Assembly (NCBI GenBank): GCA_036401055.1
Contig: DASWWC010000109.1
Span: forward strand, 1,563 to 65,562
From: Roseateles sp.
GTDB lineage: Bacteria; Pseudomonadota; Gammaproteobacteria; Burkholderiales; Burkholderiaceae_C
Length of the DNA: 64,000 bases
Reading direction: 5' to 3'
A program made the translations under genes and the position numbers. The notes under the pieces are model-generated. The model was given only the letters and a program-made list of their open reading frames with translations. It was not told the DNA's origin and ran no database searches. Of this stretch, positions 38,803-48,458 are shown in pieces; the first letter of the stretch is position 1, and every line of letters begins with the position of its first letter.

Positions 38803-39609
38803 TTAGGCCAACACCACCTCAATCCCCCGCCCCCGCAGCTGATCCACGATGGCCTGATCCGCGCCGCTGTCGGTGATCAGCACATCCAGCTGCTCCACCG
38901 GCGCGATGACCGACAGGTTGCGCTTCATCAGCTTGGACGCGTCCGCCACGGCCACCACCTGCCGCGAGATCTTCATCATCTGGGCGTTGAGCTGCGCCTC
39001 CAGCAGGTGGGGCGTCATCAGGCCAATGTCGGGGTCCAGGCTGTCGACGCCCAGGAACAGGCGGTCCGCATACAAGCCCTGCAAGGCAGCCACGGCCTGC
39101 GGGCCGGACAGCGAGTAGGAGTTCGGCCGCAGCTGGCCGCCCGGCATGATGAGGTTGACGTGCGGCACGGTCGCCAGCAGCGCGGCGATGTTCAGCGCGT
39201 TGGTGATGACGTTCAGCGACGTCAGCTTCAGGCCGCGGATCTGCTTGGCGATTTCCTCGGTCGTGGAGCCGGAGTCGAGCAGGATGGTCTCGCCGTCGCG
39301 GATCATCTTGGCGGCTTCGGCGGCAATGCGGGCCTTCTGCTCGTGGCGCAGCTTCTGCTTCACGCCGATGGGCACTTCCTCGGTGTCGCGCTGGGCCAGC
39401 GCGCCGCCGTGGGTGCGCAGCACGGCGCCGGTGGACGCCAGCGCGTTGAGGTCGCTGCGGATGGTGACGACCGAGGTGTGGAAGCGCTCGGCCAGTTCAT
39501 CCACCGTGACGCGGCCCTGCGTCTGCACCAGTTCGCGGATCAGCCTGCGCCGCTCGTCGATGAGCAGCGGGCTTTCGGTTTTCGCGGAAGGTGTGGCAGA
39601 GGCGGGCAT
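38803..39609 (-). CDS. agaR: DeoR-family regulator, AgaR-like
   Basis: ERRRLI..., SVVTIRSDL, RTHGGA, LDSGSTT, TNALNIA, ADASK; linked to agaS/agaZ and CTTTC-type sites. Confidence 0.85.
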   Translation of the reverse strand: MPASATPSAKTESPLLIDERRRLIRELVQTQGRVTVDELAERFHTSVVTIRSDLNALASTGAVLRTHGGALAQRDTEEVPIGVKQKLRHEQKARIAAEAAKMIRDGETILLDSGSTTEEIAKQIRGLKLTSLNVITNALNIAALLATVPHVNLIMPGGQLRPNSYSLSGPQAVAALQGLYADRLFLGVDSLDPDIGLMTPHLLEAQLNAQMMKISRQVVAVADASKLMKRNLSVIAPVEQLDVLITDSGADQAIVDQLRGRGIEVVLA

Positions 39610-39657
39610 GCAGGATCAAAAGGGCGGGAGGCCGACTTTCGAATGATATCGACGGGC

Positions 39658-40611
39658 TTACGAAAGCAGGCTTAGCGCTTGTGCCGACAAGGGCTGGCCG
39701 GCCAGCCGTGCGGCGTACAGCGCGGCGCCCACCTCAGGCCCGAAGCGCGGGCGCTTCAGCACGGCACCGGGCAGGCGGCGGGCCAGCGCCGCCTGCAGCG
39801 GGCCCAGCACCAGCTCGCCCGCGGCGAACACGCCGCCGGAGTAGGACACGTCCACCGGCGTGCCAGCCGGAACGCCGAGGTTGCGTGCGGTGCCGGCGGC
39901 CAGCAGCGCCAGTTCGTCGCCCGCGCGCACCAGCAGCTGGCGGGCTTGTGCGTCGCCAGCGCTCGCGGCGGTGGTGGTCAGGCGGGCGAGCTGGGCCAGC
40001 TCGCTGCGCTGGGCGCTGCCGTTGACCTCGCCGCACAGATCCAGGTCTGCCTTCAGCTCGAAGTGCTCGCGCACCAGGCCCAGCAGCGGGCCGGGCTCGG
40101 CGCGGCCGTCGGCCATGCGGGAGAACAGCGCCAGTGCCTCGCGGGCCAGCCAGTGGGCGGAGCCTTCGTCGCCGAATACCTCGCCCCAGCCGCCGCAGCG
40201 GGCGCTGCGGCCTCGCCATTCGCCATACGCGATGGAGCCGGTGCCGGCGACGAGGCTGATGCCGTCGGCGCCCGCCAGCGAGCCGGCCCAGCTGCAGACC
40301 ATGTCGTTGCCCATCGTGCTGCGCGGCACGATGCCGTCCAGCAGCGTGTCGAAGGCGGCGAGCAAGCCGCTGTCTTCGCCGTGAGCGGGCAGGCCGGCGA
40401 AGGTGTGGGCCACGTCGGCGGCATGCACGCCGGCCTGGCGCAGCACCGCCCGCACGCCGTCATGCAGCAGCGTGCGCAACGCATCGAAGCCGATTTCGAG
40501 GTAGTAGCTGGTCGTGCCGTCGTGGCGCGCGAGCTGGCGGCCGCCGGCGTCGAGGAGGACGAAGGCGGTCTTGGTGCCGCCGCCGTCGATGCCGAGGAAC
40601 ATGGTGCTCAT
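39658..40611 (-). CDS. BadF/BadG-type sugar (N-acetylhexosamine/hexose) kinase
   Basis: FLGIDGGGTKT, VAGTGSI, GGWGEVFGDEGS, SGGVF; ATGA overlap with the agaS stop. Confidence 0.85.
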   Translation of the reverse strand: MSTMFLGIDGGGTKTAFVLLDAGGRQLARHDGTTSYYLEIGFDALRTLLHDGVRAVLRQAGVHAADVAHTFAGLPAHGEDSGLLAAFDTLLDGIVPRSTMGNDMVCSWAGSLAGADGISLVAGTGSIAYGEWRGRSARCGGWGEVFGDEGSAHWLAREALALFSRMADGRAEPGPLLGLVREHFELKADLDLCGEVNGSAQRSELAQLARLTTTAASAGDAQARQLLVRAGDELALLAAGTARNLGVPAGTPVDVSYSGGVFAAGELVLGPLQAALARRLPGAVLKRPRFGPEVGAALYAARLAGQPLSAQALSLLS

Positions 40612-41771
40612 CCTTGGGTTAGAGGATGGATGGTGACACCTTGGACGACGCGGTTCACGGTGCCGGAGGCGCTGGGGGTGTCGGGCCTGATGCCGCGCTG
40701 CAGCGACCCGAGCAGCGCCAGGCATTGGGCGAACACCAGCGCCACGGGCGCCAGCGCCAGATCGGGTGCGCTGGCGGGCAGGGCCAGCGGCACGTCGTCG
40801 GCGTGAGCGGTGTCGGCGCTGCCGAATGTGCCGAGCGCCAGCACGCGGGCGCGGCCTTCGCGGCGCAGTTCGTGCAGCAGGTCCAGGTCGTACTGGCGCG
40901 TGTACGGGTCGTTGGACAGGAAGAGGACCACCAGCGTGTGGTCGTTCAGGAAGGTCTTGGGGCCGTGGCGGAAGCCCAGCGGCGAGTCGGCCAGCGCGAC
41001 CAGCTGGCCGTCGGTCAGCTCCAGCAGTTTCAGCGCGGCCTCGCGGGCCAGGCCTTGCAGCGCGTTGCTGCCGAGGTAGACGACGCGGTCGAAGCGCCGC
41101 TCGGCCAGCGCGTGCAGGCGGGCGCCTTCGTCGGCCATCAGCGCCGCGGCCGCCTGAGCCAGCGCTGTCACGGGCGGTGTGGTCAGGCCGAAGGCCCAGG
41201 CCGCGGCCAGCAGCATGCCGGTGAAGCTGGACGTCATCGCGAACGCGCGGTCGTGCGTCTCGTCGGGCAGCAGCAGCACATGGGCGTGCGGCTGGCCGGC
41301 CAGGCGGCGGTTCAGCGCGCCCTCGGCCGCGCAGGTCACGACGAGGTGGTGGCTGCGCTTGACGAGGCGGTCCGCCAGCTCCACGGCGGCCAGGCTCTCG
41401 GGGCTGTTGCCGCTGCGCGCGAAGGACACCAGCAGCGTGGGCACTTCGGACTGCAGGCATTGCGCGGGGCTGGAGACGATGTCGGTCGTCGCCACGGCCT
41501 CGACGCGGATGCCGGGGCGCTGGCCCAGCAGTTTCAGCAGCGCGGGCGCCAGCGTCTGGCCGATGAAGGCGGAGCTGCCGGCGCCGGTCAGCACGATGCG
41601 CAGGTCGGGCAGCGCCAGCAGGGGGGCCAGGAAGGCATCCAGCGCGGGTCGCTCGGCCTGCACTTGTTGGTGAATGGCTTGCCAGACGTCGGGTTGGTGG
41701 GCGATCTCGCGGGCGGTGTGGGCGCCGCCGCGGTGCGCGAGGTCGGCGGGGTCGAGGTGCAGAAGAGTCAT
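40608..41771 (-). CDS. agaS: Double-SIS-domain AgaS-type galactosamine-6-P deaminase/isomerase
   Basis: TAREIAHQP, LTGAGSSAF, SFARSGNSPES, FAMTSSF, LKLLELT, GFRHGPK, GTVNRVVQGV. Confidence 0.92.
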   Translation of the reverse strand: MTLLHLDPADLAHRGGAHTAREIAHQPDVWQAIHQQVQAERPALDAFLAPLLALPDLRIVLTGAGSSAFIGQTLAPALLKLLGQRPGIRVEAVATTDIVSSPAQCLQSEVPTLLVSFARSGNSPESLAAVELADRLVKRSHHLVVTCAAEGALNRRLAGQPHAHVLLLPDETHDRAFAMTSSFTGMLLAAAWAFGLTTPPVTALAQAAAALMADEGARLHALAERRFDRVVYLGSNALQGLAREAALKLLELTDGQLVALADSPLGFRHGPKTFLNDHTLVVLFLSNDPYTRQYDLDLLHELRREGRARVLALGTFGSADTAHADDVPLALPASAPDLALAPVALVFAQCLALLGSLQRGIRPDTPSASGTVNRVVQGVTIHPLTQG

Positions 41772-41773
41772 GT

Positions 41774-43057
41774 TCAGGCGGCGCAGGCGGTCAGATAGGG
41801 GCGCAGGGCTTGGACGGTGCCGTCACGGAGCAGTGCATCGGTGTGTGTGGTGATGCGGCCTTCGCGCACGGCCTCGTACTGGCGCGGCAGGTACTGGCTC
41901 AGCAGCGTCAGCGGCGGCGGCGAGGCGTCCAGCCGGGCCAGCATGGTGTTGCAGGCCCGGCGCACGGCGGGGTGGGCCCAGTAGTAGCGGATGCGGTCGC
42001 TCAAGCTGTAGGCCAGGTCCACGTCCAGTCGGGCAGGGTCCTGGTAGTAGCCGCGCCAGTGCTCGGGCTCCTGTCGCATGACGCCCAGCACGGTGTCCAC
42101 CAGGCCTTCGCCCTTGCCGACCCATTCGCGCTCGACGGCGGCCAGCGCCCACAGCGTCTCGCGCAGCGCGAAGGTCACGCCGGGGCCCACCTTCAGGATG
42201 GCGAAGTGGTCCCGCGCCAGCTGGGCCAGGCGCTCGGGGGTCTGGTAGTCCGTCGAGTGGGCCTCGAACACGAGGCCGGGCTGGCGCTCGATGAAGGCAC
42301 TCAGCGCTTTCGCCTTCTCGGGCCGGTAGTCGATGACCTTGTGGTGGTCGAACTCCACGCCGGGCTGCACGACCATCGCGATGACGCGCTCCCAGGCGAG
42401 CTCCAGGCCGGCGCGTGCGAAGGCGTGGCGGTGCAGTTCCAGCGTGGACGACGCGGCCTCGGGCGACGTGACCGCCAGGTCGGTCAGGTCTTCGTGCGCG
42501 CCGCCGGGCACGGGCACTTCGGTGCCGATGACGTAGACGGGCGGCTCGCCGCGGTCGGGGGCGTCGCGCCAGGCCTGTTCGGCAGCGAGGCACAGGCGCA
42601 CCGCGCGGGCGGCGATCTCGAGCTCGGGCAGCGGCACCGGGTCGTCGGCGCAGCTCATGGAGCAGTCGAGGTGGATCTTGCGGAAGCCCGCGGCCACGTA
42701 CTGCGCCACCATCACCTCGGCCTTCGCCATCGCGGCCGCCGCGGGCTGCTTGCGCCAGGCGTTGGGGCCGAGGTGGTCGCCGCCCAGGATCAGCAGCTCA
42801 GGATCCAGGCCTTCGGCGGCGGCCATGTCGAGCACGTAGCGGCGGAAGTCCAGCGGCGTCATGCCGGTGTAGCCGCCGTCCTGGTTGACCTGGTTGGACG
42901 TGGCCTCGATGAGCGCCGGCCGGCCCTGCGCGGCGCATTCGCGCAGCGTGGCGGCGATGACGACGGGGTGGGCCGAGCAGACGGACGGGATGCCGATGGC
43001 GGTGGCGCCCGCGGCGGTTTGCTTGTGGCGGCGCACGAGGTCGAGCATGAGCTTCAT
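41774..43057 (-). CDS. agaZ: AgaZ/KbaZ/GatZ family protein (probable tagatose-6-P 4-epimerase)
   Basis: SVCSAHP, IEATSNQVNQDGGYTG, GGDHLGPN, KIHLDCS, IGTEVPVPGG, VVQPGVEF, EAHSTDYQ, SDRIRYYW. Confidence 0.92.
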   Translation of the reverse strand: MKLMLDLVRRHKQTAAGATAIGIPSVCSAHPVVIAATLRECAAQGRPALIEATSNQVNQDGGYTGMTPLDFRRYVLDMAAAEGLDPELLILGGDHLGPNAWRKQPAAAAMAKAEVMVAQYVAAGFRKIHLDCSMSCADDPVPLPELEIAARAVRLCLAAEQAWRDAPDRGEPPVYVIGTEVPVPGGAHEDLTDLAVTSPEAASSTLELHRHAFARAGLELAWERVIAMVVQPGVEFDHHKVIDYRPEKAKALSAFIERQPGLVFEAHSTDYQTPERLAQLARDHFAILKVGPGVTFALRETLWALAAVEREWVGKGEGLVDTVLGVMRQEPEHWRGYYQDPARLDVDLAYSLSDRIRYYWAHPAVRRACNTMLARLDASPPPLTLLSQYLPRQYEAVREGRITTHTDALLRDGTVQALRPYLTACAA

Positions 43058-43959
43058 GCGGCGTCTCCTTGAACGGGTTGGGAAGAGGAAGGGGTCTCCG
43101 GCTGCAGCGCCAGCAGCAGCGCGGCCAGCAGCGCCAGCGCCACGCCCAGCAACTTGGTGCCGGCGGGCATGGCGCCGCTGAGGGCCATGGACAGCACGGC
43201 CGTCAGCAGCGGTGCGCCGGCATTGACCAGCGGCGACACCACCAGCGCCTTGCCGTAGCGGAAGGCGTAGACCAGCATCAGCGCGCCCACGGCGTTCAGC
43301 ACCTGGATGACGGCCGCCAGGCCCGGGCCGTTCCAGCCCCAGTGGATGGGCTGGGAGAAATCCGTCAGCCACAGTGCGGCCGGCACGCAGGCCAGGCCGC
43401 CCACCGTCATGTAGAAGAAGATGCTCTCGGCGCTGGTGCCCACGTTGGCCAGCTTGATGAAGTAGGCCTGCAGGCCCCACGCCGCCATGACGATGAGCGC
43501 CAGCACGAACCACAGGCCCAGGCCTTGGCCACCCTGGCCCAGCTGCAGGTCGAACAGCGGCAGTGCGAGCAGCGCGAGCACGATGCCGGCCACGCCCAGC
43601 TTGCCGGTGCGCTCGCCCAGCAGGCCGAAGGACAGCGCGATGGTGATGGCCGGCGACAGCGACACGATGGGGAAGATCAGGTAGGCCGGGCCCAGCTGCA
43701 CCGCGCGGAACAGCAGCATCTGGCCGCCCGCGCCCAGCAGGCCCACGGTCAGGCCCAGCACGACGGAGCGACGGTCGCGATCAATGCGCCAGCCGCTGCG
43801 GGCCAGCACGACGATGGCGGGCGGGATCATCGTCATCGCCCACACGACGTAGATCAGCGTGTCGGGAAAGCCGTGCTGCGAGGGCAGGCCGGTGAAGGCG
43901 CCCCACACGCCCCACAGCAGGGTCGTGATCAAGGCGTAGGTGAGCCAGTGGCTGCGCAT
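43054..43959 (-). CDS. DMT/EamA-family transporter (candidate sugar importer)
   Basis: Two 5-TM repeats (LWGVWG.../AWGLQAY...); first gene of the aga operon. Confidence 0.85.
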   Translation of the reverse strand: MRSHWLTYALITTLLWGVWGAFTGLPSQHGFPDTLIYVVWAMTMIPPAIVVLARSGWRIDRDRRSVVLGLTVGLLGAGGQMLLFRAVQLGPAYLIFPIVSLSPAITIALSFGLLGERTGKLGVAGIVLALLALPLFDLQLGQGGQGLGLWFVLALIVMAAWGLQAYFIKLANVGTSAESIFFYMTVGGLACVPAALWLTDFSQPIHWGWNGPGLAAVIQVLNAVGALMLVYAFRYGKALVVSPLVNAGAPLLTAVLSMALSGAMPAGTKLLGVALALLAALLLALQPETPSSSQPVQGDAA

Positions 43960-43967
43960 GGAGAGGT

Positions 43968-44200
43968 CTTTTCGTGAGGTCTTGAAGCGTCGGCGACGGC
44001 TTTCGAGCGAAAGAATAAACGAACGAAAACGAAAACGCAACGCCCGCGGAGCTTTCGTATGCCAAATTCAGGGGTGGCGGTGTAAATTGCCATATAGCTC
44101 GGGGAATCTCCGCTATGTCAGTCATGTGGAAGCCTTTCGTGGCATGATTTATCGAAAGCATTCGGCATCCGTGAAAACCATATACGAAATTAAACGAAAG
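43968..44200. promoter_or_regulatory. Cluster of AgaR-type operator half-sites in a divergent promoter region
   Basis: CTTTCG-AG-CGAAAG (44000-44013), (CGAAAA)n array (about 44020-44037), CTTTCG 44052, CTTTC-N15-GAAAG (44134-44158), GAAAT-N5-GAAAG (44186-44200); another CTTTC...GAAAG pair at 39636-39666 before agaR. Confidence 0.8.
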
Positions 44201-44336
44201 AATTCGTAGACTTGCGGCAAGCCGGCTCGGGGCGCTTCCGGGGCTGGCAAACCGCCCCGGGGGAGAGCTGCCCCGGCACTACGCAGATCGCTTCGTGCTG
44301 CCCTGACGGCAGCCATGACACAGAAAAAGGAACCGT

Positions 44337-47177
44337 TTGATGAGTCCTCGCCTCCAACCCACCTTTGCGCTGCACCCCTTGGCGCTGGCCGGTCTGCTGG
44401 CCGTGGCCGCCCTCGGTGCAGCGCCATCAGCCTTGGCTCAGCAGGCCAGCCCTGAGTCCGCCAAGTCCGACGCCGAGACGCTGGACCGCGTGGAAGTGAC
44501 CGGTACCCGCGCCAGCCTGCAGAAGTCGCTGTCGCTCAAGCGCAATGCTGCCGGTGTGCAGGACAGCATCAGCGCGACCGAGCTGGGCCGCTTCCCCGAC
44601 AACAACGTGGCCGACTCGCTGAGCCACATCACCGGCGTGTCCATCTCCCGCACGGCAGGCGGCGAAGGCCAGAAGGTCAGCATCCGCGGCCTGGGCCCCG
44701 AGTACACGATCACGACCTTCAACGACCGGCTGCTGGGCACCGACAGCGCCGGCCGCTACTTCGCCTACGACGTGCTGCCGGCCGACGTCATCAGCGGCGC
44801 CGACGTCATCAAGTCCACGCAGGCCTCCATCATGGAAGGCGCCATCGGCGGCCTGGTGAACCTGCGCTCCGCCAGCCCCTTCGACCAGAAGGGCCAGCGA
44901 GGCCTGCTGCGCCTGGAGGCCGACCGCAACCAGATGAGCGCCCTCAACGGCCAGAAGCTGTCGGGCACCTACAGCAACACCTTCGGCAACCAGTGGGGCG
45001 TGCTGCTTGGCCTGGTCTATGCCAAGCGCGATGTGCGCACCGACACGGCAGGCAACGACGGCGGCTGGAGTCGCAACCCCATCCCCAGTGACCCCAGCCA
45101 GTTCTGGGAATGGGGCAACACCTGGGGTGGCGCCATCGACCCCAACGGCAACGGCCAGCTCGACGCGAACGAGGAAGGTCTGATCGGCCCCGGCCAGTTC
45201 CGCTTCGGCTCCATCATGGAGAACAAGAAGCGCCTGGCGCTGTCGGGCAAGGTCGAGTGGCGGCCCAGCGGCGACCTGAAGGTCGTCGTGGACGGCTTCA
45301 AGACGCGCCTGGATTCACCGCAGGTCGGCTACCAGCTGTCCTTCTACCCGCTGTACGCGCCGGGCCGCTGGTCCAACATGAAGATCACCAACGGTGTAGT
45401 GACCGACCTGACGCTGGCCAGCACCGACCCCGAGATGCGGCTCAACCCCGAGCTGCTGAACAAGACCGAGTACCGCGTCGTCGACACCGCCCTGTACGGC
45501 GTCAACGCCGAGTGGAAGCTGTCGCCGTCGCTCAAGCTCAAGGGCGACCTCTACGAGTCCACCTCCAGGCGCCATTCCGGCGGCAACGACAGCTACGTCG
45601 TGCTGCGCATGAACCAGCCCAACGTCACGCGCATCCAGCTCAACGGCGGCGCTGTGCCTGATGTGAAGACCACCTTCGCCGACGGCCGAGACCTGCAGAC
45701 CGGCCTGGCGCAAGGCCTGTTCAAGGCCAGCGACTTCAACACCCACTACTACAGCCGCGCCGGCGACAACATCGACGACAAGATCAACGGTGCCAAGGTC
45801 GACGCCGAGTGGTCGCTGGACCGCTTCTACATCGACAAGCTGAAGTTCGGCCTGAACCAGACCAACCGCAAGAAGTCGCGCGACCTGATCAACAACGCGC
45901 TCAACTCCGGCGCCGACCACTACTCGGGCCAGAACGCGATCAACGTCGGCGCGTTGGGCGGCAACGTCATCAACCAGTCGTTCAGTCCCAAGGGCTTCCT
46001 GGACGATGTCGGCGGCAACTTCCCGCGCAGCTTCCTGGGCTTCGATGTCGCCAACTACGCCGAGGCGCTGAAGGCCTGGGACGGCAAGCCCCGCCCGGGC
46101 GGCGGCGTCTACAGCTCCACGATCTCGGCGCCGCAGTGGAACCCGCTGCAAAGCTACCGCGTGACCGAGAAGACGACGACCGCCTTCGTGCAGGCCGACT
46201 TGTCGGGCGAGAGCTGGAACGCGGACGTCGGCGTGCGCTTCGTGCGCACCAAGACCACGGCCCAGGCCTGGGACGCGAAGATCCTGGACATCATCACGAA
46301 CGGTCCGTGGAACTACCAGGCCGTCTACGCGCCGCCGTCCACGGTGCAGCAGGAGTCCACGTACAACTTCGCGCTGCCGGCCGTCAACTTCACCTACCTG
46401 CTGACCGATGACCTGCAGCTGCGCCTGGGCGCCGCTAAGACCATGGCGCGGCCAGCGGTGGACAAGCTCGCGCCGACGAACACGACCGAGGGCATCTCCT
46501 GGGGCGACTTCACGCAGGTCTACGGCGGCAATGCCGAGCTGAAGCCCTACAGCGCCCGCCAGGTCGATGCGTCTCTGGAGTGGTACTACGCCAAGGACTC
46601 GGCGCTGACCTTCGCCGTCTACCAGAAGAACATCAAGAACCAGATCACCAACCTCTGGCTGTCGGGTCAGGACATCGGCGCGCCGGGCGGCCGGCTGTTC
46701 AATGTGCAGCGACCCGTCAACGGTGACAAGGCGACCGCACGCGGTTTCGAGGTCGGCTTCCAGCACCTGTTCGACAACGGTTTCGGCGTGCGGGCGCAAT
46801 ACACCCGCAACAAGTCGCGGGCCTGGGTGGGTGGCGTGGAGCGGGCGCTGGAAGGCATTGCGCCGGCCACCGCGTCGTTCGGCGTGCTGTACGAGCGCGG
46901 CCCGTGGAGCATGAGTGCCACGGCCGACCGCACCGATGCCTTCGTGACCGCCACCAACGTGATCGGCGCCAACTTCAACGAGACCGCCAATGCCGTGACC
47001 TGGGCGAGTGCGCAGGTGGCCTACGAGGTCAACCAGTGGCTGCGCATCAGCCTCGAAGGCAACAACCTGACCGATGCCGTGCAGGCGCCCAAGCTGGGCA
47101 ACGGCAATGTCAGCCTGCCCAATGGGTACTACCGCTACGGTCGCGCCTTCACCTTGGGCGCCAGCATCAAGTTTTGA
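44337..47177 (+). CDS. TonB-dependent transporter (AgaR locus)
   Basis: Signal peptide, TonB box DRVEVTG, DSISATELGRFPD, GNAELKP, C-terminal F; start may be ATG 44340. Confidence 0.95.
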   Translation: MMSPRLQPTFALHPLALAGLLAVAALGAAPSALAQQASPESAKSDAETLDRVEVTGTRASLQKSLSLKRNAAGVQDSISATELGRFPDNNVADSLSHITGVSISRTAGGEGQKVSIRGLGPEYTITTFNDRLLGTDSAGRYFAYDVLPADVISGADVIKSTQASIMEGAIGGLVNLRSASPFDQKGQRGLLRLEADRNQMSALNGQKLSGTYSNTFGNQWGVLLGLVYAKRDVRTDTAGNDGGWSRNPIPSDPSQFWEWGNTWGGAIDPNGNGQLDANEEGLIGPGQFRFGSIMENKKRLALSGKVEWRPSGDLKVVVDGFKTRLDSPQVGYQLSFYPLYAPGRWSNMKITNGVVTDLTLASTDPEMRLNPELLNKTEYRVVDTALYGVNAEWKLSPSLKLKGDLYESTSRRHSGGNDSYVVLRMNQPNVTRIQLNGGAVPDVKTTFADGRDLQTGLAQGLFKASDFNTHYYSRAGDNIDDKINGAKVDAEWSLDRFYIDKLKFGLNQTNRKKSRDLINNALNSGADHYSGQNAINVGALGGNVINQSFSPKGFLDDVGGNFPRSFLGFDVANYAEALKAWDGKPRPGGGVYSSTISAPQWNPLQSYRVTEKTTTAFVQADLSGESWNADVGVRFVRTKTTAQAWDAKILDIITNGPWNYQAVYAPPSTVQQESTYNFALPAVNFTYLLTDDLQLRLGAAKTMARPAVDKLAPTNTTEGISWGDFTQVYGGNAELKPYSARQVDASLEWYYAKDSALTFAVYQKNIKNQITNLWLSGQDIGAPGGRLFNVQRPVNGDKATARGFEVGFQHLFDNGFGVRAQYTRNKSRAWVGGVERALEGIAPATASFGVLYERGPWSMSATADRTDAFVTATNVIGANFNETANAVTWASAQVAYEVNQWLRISLEGNNLTDAVQAPKLGNGNVSLPNGYYRYGRAFTLGASIKF

Positions 47178-47313
47178 AGCCCCTCGTCTGGTCTCGCCTG
47201 CTGAACGCGGGCGAGTCCAGCCGGTCCCCCGGGGGGCGGCGATGCTCGCGGCATTGAGCCGCTCGCACATCGCCATGGCGGGCCGGCTTGGGAGCGGCCC
47301 GGCGCTCGGCCCG
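47175..47313 (+). repeat. Structured intergenic repeat, copy C
   Basis: TGA-AGCCCCTCG...GCCGGTCCCCC...GGCGATG...CATCGCC...GGGCCGGCTTGGGAGCGGCCCGGCGCTCGGCCCG. Confidence 0.9.
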
Positions 47314-47321
47314 AATACCTT

Positions 47322-48458
47322 ATGAACGCACGACGACCTCCGACAGTACGAACTGGATCTCTGATGCGACTTGTTGTCTCCTCCGTTGCCGCCCTGCTTG
47401 CCGGGGCGGCTTTTTTCTCCGCGCAGGCGGCCGAGTCCAGCTACACGATGGCGGACTACACCCGCGTCGAGAAGATCGACGTCCACCTGCACCTGCACAA
47501 CGCCGCACCGGCCTTCATGCAGGCCGCGCAGCGCCAGAAGTTCAAGGTGCTGACGATCAACGTCGACTACCCCGACTTCCCGCCGCTGGCCGACCAGCAG
47601 CGCGTCGCCATCGCGCTGCGCCAGCAGTTCCCCAAGGATGTGGCCTGGGCCGCCAGCTTCTCGGTGGACGGCTCCGACCAGCCCGCCTGGCTGCCGGCCA
47701 CGCGCCAGCGCATCGCCGCAGCGATGCAGGCCGGCGCCGTCGGCATGAAGGTGTGGAAGAACATCGGCATGAGCCTGAAGGGCAAGAACGACAAGCTCGT
47801 CATGATCGACGACGCCCGTTTCGCACCGCTGTTCGACGACTTCGCGAAGCAGGGCATCCCGCTGCTGGGCCATCAGGGCGAGCCGCACAACTGCTGGCTG
47901 CCGCTGGACAAGATGACGGTCAACAATGACCGCGAGTACTTCAAGGCGCACCCGCAGTACCACATGCACCTGCACCCCGAGATGCCCAGCTGGGAAGCGC
48001 AGATGGCCGCGCGCGACCGCATGGTGGCGGCGCATCCGACGCTGAAGTTCATCGGCGTGCACCTCGCGTCGCTGGAGCGCGACGTGGGCGAGCTGGGCGC
48101 CTTCCTCGACAGGTTCCCTACCGCCGTGGTCGACGTGGCTGCGCGCATCGGCCAGCTGCAGCACCAGAGCCAGAAGGACCGCGAGCGCGTGCGCCGCTTC
48201 TTCATCAAGTACCAGGACCGCGTGATGTACGGCAGCGACATGGCCCAGGCGCCCGACCAGGACGGCGCCGCGCTGGGCAAGGAAGCCGAGGGCGTGTGGC
48301 GCATGCACTGGCGCTACTTCAACACCGCGGAGAGCTTCAAGGTGAGCGACCTCGACAAGCCGGTGCAAGGCCTGGCGCTGCCCAAGGCCGTGGTGGACAA
48401 GCTCTACCGCACGAATGCCGAACGCGCCTTCCCCGGCGCCTGGGGAGCCCAGCGATGA
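47322..48458 (+). CDS. Secreted amidohydrolase-superfamily metallohydrolase
   Basis: Signal peptide; IDVHLH, GMKVWK, GHQGEP, VHLAS, YGSD metal-ligand pattern; alternative start at 47364. Confidence 0.85.
   Translation: MNARRPPTVRTGSLMRLVVSSVAALLAGAAFFSAQAAESSYTMADYTRVEKIDVHLHLHNAAPAFMQAAQRQKFKVLTINVDYPDFPPLADQQRVAIALRQQFPKDVAWAASFSVDGSDQPAWLPATRQRIAAAMQAGAVGMKVWKNIGMSLKGKNDKLVMIDDARFAPLFDDFAKQGIPLLGHQGEPHNCWLPLDKMTVNNDREYFKAHPQYHMHLHPEMPSWEAQMAARDRMVAAHPTLKFIGVHLASLERDVGELGAFLDRFPTAVVDVAARIGQLQHQSQKDRERVRRFFIKYQDRVMYGSDMAQAPDQDGAALGKEAEGVWRMHWRYFNTAESFKVSDLDKPVQGLALPKAVVDKLYRTNAERAFPGAWGAQR

Noticed and set aside
38215-38810. Lower-GC ORF as an integron cassette
   Set aside because: No convincing RYYYAAC...GTTRRRY attC pairing after the stop and no integrase nearby
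44211-44336. c-di-GMP-I riboswitch suggested by GGCAAACC in the TBDT leader
   Set aside because: Lacks the GAAA-tetraloop P2 and the downstream GCAAAG/receptor elements
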